Shown one piece after another: positions 1 through 7,610 of a stretch of DNA of 42,564 nucleotides (its first letter is position 1; each line of letters opens with the position of its first letter). The notes beneath the pieces are model-generated. The model ran no database searches. It was given only the letters and a program-made list of their open reading frames with translations, and was not told where the DNA came from. Both the position numbers and the translations under genes were made by a program. Source of the DNA: a virus. Lineage: Duplodnaviria; Caudoviricetes. The stretch is from IMG/VR virus record IMGVR_UViG_3300017700_000593, positions 1 through 42,564 of that record; one strand, written 5' to 3'.

Positions 1-123
1 GGCAAGCAGTGGGTAAGCACCGAATCGTTCCTGGGCCTGTGCCGGGCGTTGGATTGCACCCCGGCTGAGCTGCTGGCCCACGACCCCACCAGGCCGGATA
101 GCTTCTGGCCGCTGTTTCAGACC
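1..123. repeat. 123-bp direct repeat identical to 42442-42564 (circular assembly overlap)
   Basis: The sequence ggcaagcagtgg...tttcagacc occurs at both ends, and the repressor ORF reads continuously across the join. Confidence 0.95.
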
Positions 124-210
124 GCCGAAACGCTGACAGGCCGCGACCGCCGGCACGTCTGGGCGATCATGAAAGCCGCGCTCGCGCCGGCCGAGCCCGG
201 ATCAGAATAA
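1..210 (+). CDS. CI-like repressor, 3' part (no S24 peptidase domain)
   Basis: Frame 1 reads GKQWVSTESF...WAIMKAALAPAEPGSE, with stop TAA at 208-210. Confidence 0.85.
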   Translation, partial: GKQWVSTESFLGLCRALDCTPAELLAHDPTRPDSFWPLFQTAETLTGRDRRHVWAIMKAALAPAEPGSE

Positions 211-418
211 AACCTGCATCGTGATCGACATGGGCGGTCCATTGCCCCCCGTGCATGGCAGACATTGCATTGGCTACGGCGCGCAGGGCTTCGTCAAACT
301 GGCGGCCGGGCACTTTGTCCACAGCGATGCCACCGCAAGGCGCTGCGATCCCCGCCATCGCGCCCAGCATTCCGCGCCGCCTAAGTGACTGCCGTGTAAG
401 GCGAAGTGTTGCAACCAT
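167..418 (-). CDS. Small hypothetical protein convergent on the repressor
   Basis: 83-aa ORF with plausible composition, in the immunity-region position. Confidence 0.45.
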   Translation of the reverse strand: MVATLRLTRQSLRRRGMLGAMAGIAAPCGGIAVDKVPGRQFDEALRAVANAMSAMHGGQWTAHVDHDAGFILIRARPARARLS

Positions 419-572
419 GCTACTGCCCCCGCAATGACAAGGGGAATATTACAACACGCTGGCGGGCATAGCGGGAAGGATATTTCCGCATATCAATTGC
501 GATCATCTTTCTGTGCAATATTGAACACACGGTGCGGAAATATGCACTTTGACCGCATCTTTTCCCACAACT

Positions 573-622
573 TAACTCAGACTTACTTTTCAGCTTGACT
601 TAATTTCAGCGACACTTACTAT
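573..622 (+). promoter_or_regulatory. OL/PL-like region: three 13-bp operators plus a sigma70-type promoter
   Basis: TAACTCAGACTTA (573-585), TCAGCTTGACTTA (590-602) and TCAGCGACACTTA (606-618) fit T(A/C)AG-N5-CT(T/G)A, the first with one mismatch. Promoter is TTGACT (595-600)-N16-TACTAT (617-622). Confidence 0.8.
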
Positions 623-656
623 CGCTCCTACCGAACAGGGACAGGAGCCGGACAGC

Positions 657-1091
657 ATGCGCAGGGAAGACGGAGAAAAGACGAAGGATAATAGCTCGAC
701 CGCAGGTGCCGGTCCCTTTCCTGCAGACCACACAGCGCCGGCTGCATCGGACAGCGCGAAGGCCATCACATGCAAGGCCCTGTGTCGTAACCACCTGAGC
801 GGGTTTGCAGAGCCATGCGCGGAAGCCTGCATCACCGGAGCGGGCGTCGCGTTCGATTGCGAGCACGCCCCCGACGTTTGGGGCAGCGACGCCCAGCACG
901 TCTTGGACGCCCTCGACCTCCCTTCTACCGCCGCCGCAGCAAGAGACATGCTCAAGGCGCTGGAGGATCTGAGCCGCTTCTGCTCGCCGTCGGCCGAATA
1001 CACGACCAAGGGCGCGAAGGCCTTCATTTGGGAATCCGCCATCGCCGCCATCGCCGCCGCCAAGGCTGCTGGCATCAAGACGGAGGGCTGA
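657..1091 (+). CDS. Hypothetical early protein (start uncertain; the N-terminus reads through a hairpin element)
   Basis: C-terminal AAARDMLKAL...AIAAAKA resembles a common small phage-protein motif. It is the first ORF after PL. Confidence 0.6.
   Translation: MRREDGEKTKDNSSTAGAGPFPADHTAPAASDSAKAITCKALCRNHLSGFAEPCAEACITGAGVAFDCEHAPDVWGSDAQHVLDALDLPSTAAAARDMLKALEDLSRFCSPSAEYTTKGAKAFIWESAIAAIAAAKAAGIKTEG
694..719 (-). repeat. Family C hairpin element, copy 1 (5'-side cassette border)
   Basis: GACCG-CAGGTGC-CGGTC-CCTTT. The 22-mer at 698-719 is identical to 9193-9214. It is preceded by a purine tract at 663-693. Confidence 0.8.
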
Positions 1092-1094
1092 GAC

Positions 1095-1424
1095 ATGGCA
1101 CCCGACACTCTCCCCTCCCCTATCCCGGTTCTAGGAGAAAGGGGGAGGTGCGACGCAGCGGCGTCGCCTAACCCGCCCAATTCCTCAACCCCTTCTGCAT
1201 CTCGCATCCAGAACACCATCGCGCTCGCAACCGAGTTTGTCGTGGTGAGCTTCTGGCAGCCAAAGAGCGGCAGCGGTGAAGGCCACTACCACCACGAGAC
1301 GTTCACCGACCAGCGCGACGCCGAGACCATGCACGCCGACTATGTGCGCGGCGAATGGGCCAAGGCCCGCGCTGTCTGCATCTTCGCCAGCCGACACGGC
1401 GTGCCGATCGGGAGGGTGCTGTGA
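1095..1424 (+). CDS. Hypothetical protein (start uncertain)
   Basis: ORF with a GTGA overlap to the next gene. The N-terminus spans a C-rich/purine junction and element C2. Confidence 0.55.
   Translation: MAPDTLPSPIPVLGERGRCDAAASPNPPNSSTPSASRIQNTIALATEFVVVSFWQPKSGSGEGHYHHETFTDQRDAETMHADYVRGEWAKARAVCIFASRHGVPIGRVL
1145..1173 (-). repeat. Family C hairpin element, copy 2
   Basis: GAGGT-GCGACGC-AGCG-GCGTCGC-CTAACC, closely similar to 6157-6186. Confidence 0.75.
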
Positions 1425-1612
1425 AGCCGCTACACCCCTTCGCCTGCGCCCGCACGCACGCCGAAGCCGTCGAGATCGAGGAATTGGTCAACGCCCTGCG
1501 CGAGTACCTGAGCGACCGCGAGGACGCCGACCACAACGGGTCGAGCTTCATCCCCAACGATGAAATGCGGCTGCTGATGCGCCTCAACGAACTGTTCCCG
1601 GAGCAACCATGA
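1421..1612 (+). CDS. Hypothetical protein
   Basis: GTG start after GGAGGG, with 4-bp overlaps on both sides. Confidence 0.7.
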   Translation: MKPLHPFACARTHAEAVEIEELVNALREYLSDREDADHNGSSFIPNDEMRLLMRLNELFPEQP

Positions 1613-2004
1613 ACATTCTTCAGCACATCGAGGCTGGGCACTACCCAAAGGACGAGAAGGACCGCGCTATCGTGCCGATGAGAAGTGGCGGCCGCGCGAC
1701 GATACTCGCCACCGATCGTGATGCTTTCAGCGGCCCGGACCGCGAGCCGATCATCGGCATGGTCGAAAATGGCAGCGTATTTTCGTGGTGGGAGTGCGGC
1801 GAGCATTCACGCCGGATGCCATCTGACTGCGACCTCCTCCCTCCCACGCCTCGCAAGGTGGAGGTGAAGCGGTATCTGGTTCCCTGCACGTCGCGCTACG
1901 CAGAGGCGACGTTCATTTCCGCCACGGCGGCCGATGAATACGCGAATGAGGCACTGAGCCGCGTCGTCGTGCTCACCGGCTCTTACGAGAAGCCGTGGTC
2001 GTGA
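1609..2004 (+). CDS. Hypothetical protein
   Basis: 131-aa ORF with an RBS (GGAG). Its stop TGA is the first triplet of element A1. Confidence 0.75.
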   Translation: MNILQHIEAGHYPKDEKDRAIVPMRSGGRATILATDRDAFSGPDREPIIGMVENGSVFSWWECGEHSRRMPSDCDLLPPTPRKVEVKRYLVPCTSRYAEATFISATAADEYANEALSRVVVLTGSYEKPWS

Positions 2005-2048
2005 CGCACTCCTCCCTGCCAGGGTCCGCCGCGAGCAAAGCGAGCCAC
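2002..2048 (+). repeat. Family A hairpin element, copy 1 (3'-side border)
   Basis: TGACGCACTCCT-N5-CCAGGGTCCGCC-GC.GA.GC.AAA.GC.GA.GC-CAC, then a C-rich tail. Confidence 0.85.
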
Positions 2049-2105
2049 CCCCTACTCGCCCAGCCCAAGGACGAAGGTGAGTTCTGGACTTCCCATCGCC
2101 AAGAC

Positions 2106-2420
2106 ATGGCCGACAGGGAGCACGTAGACGGAGTGCAGCCTACGGGAAGAAGAATCAACTGGCCTCTCGTGAGCGCTGTCGTAGCTGCAATCGTGATTGT
2201 GGGAAGCATCGCAACTGTGCGCGGTTGTCTGGCAGCAGAGCCTGACAAGCCCTTCCGCTACCAGATCCACGACGAGGCCACCGGCAAGCCCTGGGTCTCC
2301 CCCAAGGGCAAGGCGGCCCTTCCTGTCAGTAGCCCGACAGCCTGCGACCTCGACATGTCGTCCGCTGCGAACGTGGCTGTGAAGGCTACGCGGCTTTCCT
2401 GCAGGAGGGTGAGCAATTGA
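2106..2420 (+). CDS. Single-TM membrane or exported hypothetical protein
   Basis: Hydrophobic stretch WPLVSAVVAAIVIVGSIATV. Start uncertain. Confidence 0.6.
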   Translation: MADREHVDGVQPTGRRINWPLVSAVVAAIVIVGSIATVRGCLAAEPDKPFRYQIHDEATGKPWVSPKGKAALPVSSPTACDLDMSSAANVAVKATRLSCRRVSN

Positions 2421-2447
2421 GTTCGGCCGCAGCGCAGCGGCCCCTTT
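2419..2447 (-). repeat. Family C hairpin element, copy 3
   Basis: GAGTTC-GGCCGC-AGCGCA-GCGGCC-CCTTT. The downstream ACACAC..GAGGTC.TGC.ATG leader is shared with copy 5. Confidence 0.75.
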
Positions 2448-2474
2448 CGTAACGACACACAACGAGGTCTTGCC

Positions 2475-3182
2475 ATGAACACCTACCCCGAGAACGACAA
2501 TCAGTTTGAAGAAGTGACCATCGAGTCGGCAGAGCGCCATGAAGATGGCTGGGAGATCAAGCGCACCGATGGCTGGTCGCTGTTCTGCCCGCTGCACGAT
2601 GGCGAGCCCAAGGCCGGCAGCACCCTGCGCGTCTACGGCAAGGGCATCGGCTCCAGTTTCCGGGGGCTCTACATCGACGGCGCCAAGGTCTTCTATCGCA
2701 CCGAGGCCGAGGACGCCGACCACCGCGAGAACGAGCTTTACGGTGCGGACGCTGCCGACTGGCTCGCCCGATGGGACGCGGGCCGCTCGGTCTTCTCAAT
2801 CGAGATGGGCGGCATGGGTCCCGGCTACGAGCAGTGTATCCAGATCGTAGCCGCAGAAGTCCTGCGTCATCTGCTTGCCACGAAGCCCGACGCTTCCCTG
2901 TGGGCCGACAAGGACGTGTGGCGCGCGGCCCGCGACGACATCGACAAGGCGCTGTTCGCCAACCCGATGATCGACAAGCTCGGCCTGTCTGGCGCTCAAG
3001 CCGGTGCCGGCGTCAGCCTCGGCTCCCGTCTCTACATGGACGGACCACGCAAGATCATGAACACACCGGAGATCAAGGACCGCCATATCCAAGTGCAGCG
3101 GTTCTTCCCCGGCTTTGAGCAGGCCGCAGAAGGATCAGTCTCCCAGACTGAGCGCAGCGAAGGATGCACTCCCCATGCCTGA
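2475..3182 (+). CDS. Hypothetical protein; C-terminal ~22 aa derive from read-through of element R1
   Basis: 235-aa ORF with an RBS (GAGG) and typical GC3 usage. Confidence 0.85.
   Translation: MNTYPENDNQFEEVTIESAERHEDGWEIKRTDGWSLFCPLHDGEPKAGSTLRVYGKGIGSSFRGLYIDGAKVFYRTEAEDADHRENELYGADAADWLARWDAGRSVFSIEMGGMGPGYEQCIQIVAAEVLRHLLATKPDASLWADKDVWRAARDDIDKALFANPMIDKLGLSGAQAGAGVSLGSRLYMDGPRKIMNTPEIKDRHIQVQRFFPGFEQAAEGSVSQTERSEGCTPHA
3116..3169 (+). repeat. Family R hairpin element, copy 1
   Basis: TGAGCAGG...TCAGTCT-CCCAGACTGAGCGCAGCGAAGGATGCAC. Bases 3142-3169 match 5887-5914 at 27/28. C-rich tail follows. Confidence 0.9.
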
Positions 3183-3384
3183 CTCCCTTTCCCCTGTCCT
3201 GTCCAACGCCCCGAGCCTGGCATCCCGCATCCGCGCCGTTGCCGAGCTGGCTGAGGCTTCCCGCCCCGACTTCCGCCGCATCGCCTTCGACCTGTGGGCC
3301 TTGCGGATCGAGGCTGGGCGAGAGGCCGACACGCTCGACGCCCGGATGATCGACACCGCCTGCAGCCTCAAGGAGCGCGCGTGA
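3175..3384 (+). CDS. Hypothetical protein
   Basis: ATG at 3175, with a GTGA overlap to the next gene. Confidence 0.55.
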   Translation: MPDSLSPVLSNAPSLASRIRAVAELAEASRPDFRRIAFDLWALRIEAGREADTLDARMIDTACSLKERA

Positions 3385-3572
3385 CGACGCTCCAAGACAC
3401 CCCGCCTTGGTGGCGGACGGTCAAGGCCGAAACGCCCGAGCAGGCTGCCGAGTTCTGCAAGCGGCTCGGCACCGGAGAGTGCGCGGCTATCTGCCTGTCT
3501 CACATGTCCAGCAACACCACCGACGGACGCTGCCCCGAGAAAGAGCGCGTCTGGATGAAGGAGTCCACATGA
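3381..3572 (+). CDS. Small Cys-containing hypothetical protein
   Basis: AAGGAG RBS, GTG start and ATGA overlap with the annealase gene. Confidence 0.65.
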   Translation: MTTLQDTPPWWRTVKAETPEQAAEFCKRLGTGECAAICLSHMSSNTTDGRCPEKERVWMKEST

Positions 3573-4366
3573 CCACCAACAACCTCCGCATCTGGGATGC
3601 CGTCTCCAAGACGGACCCGAAGCACACGAAGGGCTTCAAGCGGGCCGGTGGCTTCCAGGGTACGGCCATCAAGCCTATCTGGCTGACCAAGCGGCTGACG
3701 GAGCAGTTCGGGCCGGCAGGCTCCGGCTGGGGCATGCATCAGCCGGAGTTCCAGACCGTCAACGCTGGTGACGAGATTCTCGTTTTCTGCACGGTCGCCC
3801 TTTGGTATCGCGAGGGCGAAATGCAGGCCGTGGTCTACGGCGTCGGCGGCGACAAGGTGATGGGCAAGAACAAGTACGGCCCCTTCACCAACGACGAAGC
3901 CTTCAAAGCATCCTACACCGACGCGCTGTCCAACGCCATGAAGCAGATCGGCATGGGCGCCGACATCCACATGGGCCTGTTCGAGGACGAGAAGTACGTC
4001 CGCGAGACGACGCGCGAGTTCGCCAACGGCTCGCCCCGGCCGACAAACTCAAGCCCGACCGACTTTGTGGACGAGGCCAAGAAGGACGGCCTCATCAACG
4101 GCGATGGGAGCAAGTCACAGTACGAAGTCGACAAGCTCAAGAAGGCCGTCGACAACGACTGGATCATCGTCAACACGACCCCGAAGGGCAAGGAGGACCA
4201 GGCCTTCGCCTATCTCGAGATGGCCCGCAATCCCGACGACGTGGCGAAGATCACGAAGAACAACGCGGCGACCATCGAAGGCGCGACGTGGCAGGCTGAG
4301 TTCGAGCAGTCCGTCGACAACCTCCTGCGCTGGTTCGAGAAGCAGTCAGCCCCGGCTCTGCAATGA
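3569..4366 (+). CDS. Rad52/Rad22 (Sak)-like single-strand annealing recombinase
   Basis: Motifs RLTEQFGPAGSGWG and DEAFKASYTDALSNAMKQIGMGADIH. RBS AAGGAG. Located next to NinB. Confidence 0.75.
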   Translation: MTTNNLRIWDAVSKTDPKHTKGFKRAGGFQGTAIKPIWLTKRLTEQFGPAGSGWGMHQPEFQTVNAGDEILVFCTVALWYREGEMQAVVYGVGGDKVMGKNKYGPFTNDEAFKASYTDALSNAMKQIGMGADIHMGLFEDEKYVRETTREFANGSPRPTNSSPTDFVDEAKKDGLINGDGSKSQYEVDKLKKAVDNDWIIVNTTPKGKEDQAFAYLEMARNPDDVAKITKNNAATIEGATWQAEFEQSVDNLLRWFEKQSAPALQ

Positions 4367-4785
4367 CCGACGAACGCCGCAAGATCGTGCTGGGCAGCGC
4401 GACGCACCGGCAATTCGTCGGCTCCCTCGTGGCGTCATCCCCGCCCGGCTGCGTGGTCACGATTGCGCCGCCCGGCCGGACGCTGGACCAAAACGCCCTC
4501 TTCCACTCCCTCTGCGGCGAGATCGCCAAGGCCAAGCCGACATGGAACGGCTTCCACATGGACGCCGAGGACTGGAAGGCCCTGCTGGTCGTCTCCCATG
4601 CCGTGGCGACGAAGGAGGACATCGGCATGCGCCTGGTGCCGGATCTTGAAGGCCATGGGCTGGTGCAGCTCCGCGAGTCGAGCGCCCGCATGTCCAAGGC
4701 GCGGGCCACCAGCCTGATCGCGTATGTCGAGGCATGGGCAGTCAGCAACGAAATCCCCCTGAAGGTCACCCATGAAGAAGTTTAG
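4363..4785 (+). CDS. NinB-like recombination protein
   Basis: RTLDQNALFH...WKAL...RESSARMSK...LIAYVEAWA fits the NinB pattern. Confidence 0.8.
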   Translation: MTDERRKIVLGSATHRQFVGSLVASSPPGCVVTIAPPGRTLDQNALFHSLCGEIAKAKPTWNGFHMDAEDWKALLVVSHAVATKEDIGMRLVPDLEGHGLVQLRESSARMSKARATSLIAYVEAWAVSNEIPLKVTHEEV

Positions 4786-5287
4786 ATCACCCGCCGACTG
4801 GACGCCCAAGCAGCGTCATTCCGCCTATACTGACAAGAGCGGTGGCCCTGATGCGTGCTGGCCGTGGGTCGGTGCGCGCAACAAGGCCGGGTATGGCCTC
4901 TTTGGCCTAGATGGCGGCTGCGTTCTGGCGCATCGCGCGGCGTGGCTGTTTGCCAACGATCATTTCCCCATGACGCTCAAGGTGCTTCACCGCTGCGACA
5001 ACCGTGCCTGCCAGAACCCCGCGCATCTGTTCCTCGGAACTCAAGCCGACAACGTCGCGGACATGCACGCCAAGGGGCGGCAGGGTAAGGTTTTCGGTGA
5101 GCAGCATCACAAGACGACCCTGACAATTGATCAGGTCCGCGCCATCCGCGCCGACTCGCGCTCGCAGTCCACCATTGCCCGCGCATACGGCGTCCACCAG
5201 ACGACAGTAGGGAACATCAAACGCGGTCGGACGTGGGCCACGGCGCAGGACATTGCCATCACCGTACCGGAGGCTGCCTCGGCATGA
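4772..5287 (+). CDS. HNH homing endonuclease (HNH_3 type with C-terminal HTH)
   Basis: CWPW..GYG..AHR..VLHRCDNRACQNPAHLFLGTQADN. Confidence 0.9.
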   Translation: MKKFRSPADWTPKQRHSAYTDKSGGPDACWPWVGARNKAGYGLFGLDGGCVLAHRAAWLFANDHFPMTLKVLHRCDNRACQNPAHLFLGTQADNVADMHAKGRQGKVFGEQHHKTTLTIDQVRAIRADSRSQSTIARAYGVHQTTVGNIKRGRTWATAQDIAITVPEAASA

Positions 5288-5655
5288 GCGACCGCGCCAA
5301 CTTCACCAAGCCCGTCAAGCGGCAGGCCCTGCGCCGCTCAGGCCAGCTCTGCGAGGCCGTCGGCACTTGGTACGGCCTTCAGCCCGCCCAGCGCTGCAAT
5401 GCCCCGCTCGCGTATGGGGTGGAGTTCGATCATGTGATTCTTGACGCCAACTCCAAGGACGACAGCCTGGAGAACTGCGCGGCGGTTTGCGTTCGCTGCC
5501 ACGCATTCAAAACCCGCAAGCACGATACGCCCTTGGCAGCCAAGACCGTGCGGCAGCAGGACATGGCCCTCGGCATTCGCAAGCGCTCTACGTGGCCGGG
5601 CGGACGGCATTCCAAGCTCAAGAAGAAGGTTTCAGGAGAGGTGGTAGCGAGATGA
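5284..5655 (+). CDS. HNH endonuclease (zinc-binding type)
   Basis: CEA...EFDHVI...DSLENCAAVCVRCHAFKT. Confidence 0.85.
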   Translation: MSDRANFTKPVKRQALRRSGQLCEAVGTWYGLQPAQRCNAPLAYGVEFDHVILDANSKDDSLENCAAVCVRCHAFKTRKHDTPLAAKTVRQQDMALGIRKRSTWPGGRHSKLKKKVSGEVVAR

Positions 5656-5861
5656 CCGACATTGAAAGACTGGCAGACGCCATACTGAGGCTCACCGAGA
5701 GTGATTCCGGCTGCGTCTCAATCAAGGCCCAAGGCGGCGGCGCGACGATCAATATCCACCTGAACCTGACCGTTCACACAGCCCCGCAGATGTGGAAGCC
5801 GACCTTCGCCCTCTTCAGGTCGAAGCTTCTGCGCTTGGACAAACACTCTGCCCGGCCATGA
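5652..5861 (+). CDS. Hypothetical protein
   Basis: ATGA overlap with the preceding gene. Its stop TGA begins element R2. Confidence 0.6.
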   Translation: MTDIERLADAILRLTESDSGCVSIKAQGGGATINIHLNLTVHTAPQMWKPTFALFRSKLLRLDKHSARP

Positions 5862-5914
5862 GCAGGAAGGTCCGTAATGCAGGACACCCAGACTGAGCGA
5901 AGCGAAGGATGCAC
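5859..5914 (+). repeat. Family R hairpin element, copy 2
   Basis: TGAGCAGGAAGGTC...ATGCAGGAC-A-CCCAGACT.GA.GC.GAA.GC.GA.AG-GATGCAC. Confidence 0.9.
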
Positions 5915-5920
5915 CCCATC

Positions 5921-6817
5921 ATGACCCCTCCCAAAGTATTCGGCGACGAAGTGATTGAAGCTGCACGACGGATAGTCGCGTCGCTGACGTTCCCGCCCAA
6001 GCGGCCGACCATAGCCGAGCTAGAGGAAATCCTGTCGCAGCCCGATGCGCCGCCGGTCCACATCAAGCCGGACGGCACAATCGGCGTCGGAGAAAGCGAT
6101 TCGCTGATCGTCGCTCGTTCCCTTCTTTCCGCAGTAGAGGAGTGCGAGAAGGAATTGAGGTGCGACGCAGGTGCCGTCGCCTTACCTGCATTGGAAGCAT
6201 GGCGTCCCATGGCGAGCGCGCCGCGAGACGGCACCGACATTCTGTTGCGGTTCAAGTCGCGGCGTTGCGCGATTGCGTGGGGCAACCATCACGATCTGAT
6301 CTGGGCCGATGCGTCCGATGACAGCGAACTGCCCGACCCCGTCGCGTGGCAGCCGTTGCCCGCACCGGAGCAGGAAAGCAGCGCCGACGAACGAGACGGG
6401 AGCGGTAGGGAGGCGCAAGCCGACCGCGTAGCCACTACCCCCACCCCTATCGAGCAGGGGCAATCAGAAGCGGGGGGATGGCGATCAATGGACAGCGCGC
6501 CGAAGGACGGGACCGAGATCTGGGCCTACACCACCGAAGGCTACCAGCGTGTCGTGCGCTGGCAGAAAGACCTTGGGCCATCTAGCGACGATCCCGGCCA
6601 CGACGCCGGCTGGGCATCCGATTGCGGCGGCACGTATCCAGGCTGCTTCTATCACGAGCCGCAGCCGCCACACGATCCACCCCTACGCTGGATGCCCCTT
6701 CCTGCCTCGCCTGATCTGGAGCAGGACGCAGAGGATGCAGGACCACCGAGCCACGAAGTGGCGAGCACAACCCATACCTCCCGCTCCCTGAAGCTGGAGG
6801 AAGAGGAAAGAGGATAG
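5921..6817 (+). CDS. Mosaic protein with two DUF551-like domains joined by translated hairpin elements
   Basis: WRPMASAPRDGT...WQPLPAP and WRSMDSAPKDGT...WMPLPASP, each followed within a few codons by GAGCAGG (EQ). Confidence 0.7.
   Translation: MTPPKVFGDEVIEAARRIVASLTFPPKRPTIAELEEILSQPDAPPVHIKPDGTIGVGESDSLIVARSLLSAVEECEKELRCDAGAVALPALEAWRPMASAPRDGTDILLRFKSRRCAIAWGNHHDLIWADASDDSELPDPVAWQPLPAPEQESSADERDGSGREAQADRVATTPTPIEQGQSEAGGWRSMDSAPKDGTEIWAYTTEGYQRVVRWQKDLGPSSDDPGHDAGWASDCGGTYPGCFYHEPQPPHDPPLRWMPLPASPDLEQDAEDAGPPSHEVASTTHTSRSLKLEEEERG
6157..6186 (-). repeat. Family C hairpin element, copy 4
   Basis: GAGGT-GCGACG-CAGGTGC-CGTCGC-CTTACC, just before DUF551 domain 1. Confidence 0.8.
6368..6435 (+). 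repeat. Family R hairpin element, copy 3 (diverged)
   Basis: GAGCAGGAA...GG.GA.GGC.GCAA.GCC.GA.CC...GTAGCCAC, then TACCCCCACCCC. Confidence 0.7.
6719..6768 (+). repeat. Family R hairpin element, copy 4
   Basis: GAGCAGG...ATGCAGGAC..C.GA.GCCAC.GAA.GTGGC.GA.G-CAC, then a C-rich tail. Confidence 0.8.
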
Positions 6818-6845
6818 TGCTCGCTCGCTTTCAGCGAGCCTGTGT
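6813..6845 (-). repeat. Family D hairpin element, copy 1 (5'-side border)
   Basis: Minus strand reads ACACAG-GCTCGCT.GAA.AGCGAGC-GAGCAC-TATC, then a CT-rich tail. Confidence 0.75.
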
Positions 6846-6905
6846 CTCCCTAGTTTTATCAGTTCTGACAGATCACCGACCCGACAGACCAGAGAGGCTT
6901 TGCAA

Positions 6906-7445
6906 ATGCCCAACCACGTCATGAACGAAGTCACGTTCACCGGCCTTAGCGTCACCCAGAAGGACGCAATCGTTGCAGCGGTGCGTGGTGAGCAGGAGAT
7001 CGACTTCGCAACGCTTCTCCCCCTGCCGCTCAATCTCTGGTGGGGCAGCGTCAGCAGCTTGCACGAGAAGGCTTTCCCCGGCACGGCGCTTGATTGGTGT
7101 TCCTCGAACTGGAGCACCAAGTGGAACGCCTACGGGCTCAACCAGGGTGGCCGCTACCAGTCTGTCGAGGAATCGCCAGACGGCCTGATCCTGCGATTTC
7201 AAACCGCATGGTCGCCGCCCAGGGGGTGGCTGGTCGCGCTGTTCAACAAGTTCAAGGTCTCGTTCACGTACAACTGGCTGGACGAAGGCCGAGAGCGCGC
7301 CGTCAGTGGTCACTTCGACTACGCGGCCTTGATGCACGACCGCGCCGCCCAGCCGTGGGCCGAGATCGCCGCCGATGACGAAACCCAGCTCCGCATGTTT
7401 CGCCTCCTGTGGGGCCGCGACTCGCTCGAAGACGACGCCGCCTGA
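6906..7445 (+). CDS. DUF1281/YubB-like ferredoxin-fold protein
   Basis: MPN..N...DF..LLPLP...W...NWSTKWN...FQTAWSPP pattern. Confidence 0.75.
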   Translation: MPNHVMNEVTFTGLSVTQKDAIVAAVRGEQEIDFATLLPLPLNLWWGSVSSLHEKAFPGTALDWCSSNWSTKWNAYGLNQGGRYQSVEESPDGLILRFQTAWSPPRGWLVALFNKFKVSFTYNWLDEGRERAVSGHFDYAALMHDRAAQPWAEIAADDETQLRMFRLLWGRDSLEDDAA

Positions 7446-7448
7446 CCA

Positions 7449-7510
7449 TGATTCGGAAAGCCTCACATGCAGCACGAGATGGGTCAAAGCCGTCATCGGC
7501 TTTGGAACAC
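7449..7510 (+). repeat. Family R' hairpin element, copy 1
   Basis: TGATTCGGAAAG...ATGCAGCACGAGATGGGT-CAAAGCCG.TCAT.CGGCTTTG-GAACAC, then a C-rich tail. Confidence 0.8.
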
Positions 7511-7540
7511 CTATCTCCCCTCTCCCTTAAGGGAGTGAAT

Positions 7541-7580
7541 GATAGCTCGCTCCGGTCGCTACGCTCCCTCTCGCCTGTGT
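7541..7580 (-). repeat. Family D hairpin element, copy 2
   Basis: Minus strand reads ACACAGGC..GG.GA.GC.GTA.GC.GA.CC-GGAGCGAGC-TATC. It has the same GATAG...GCCTGTGT flanks as D1. Confidence 0.75.
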
Positions 7581-7610
7581 AGTTCTAATTCTGCCGTCTA
7601 GGAGACACCG

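Noticed and set aside
1-123. Biological direct terminal repeat of the virion DNA
   Set aside because: It falls in the middle of the repressor gene and is an exact end overlap, as expected from circular assembly.
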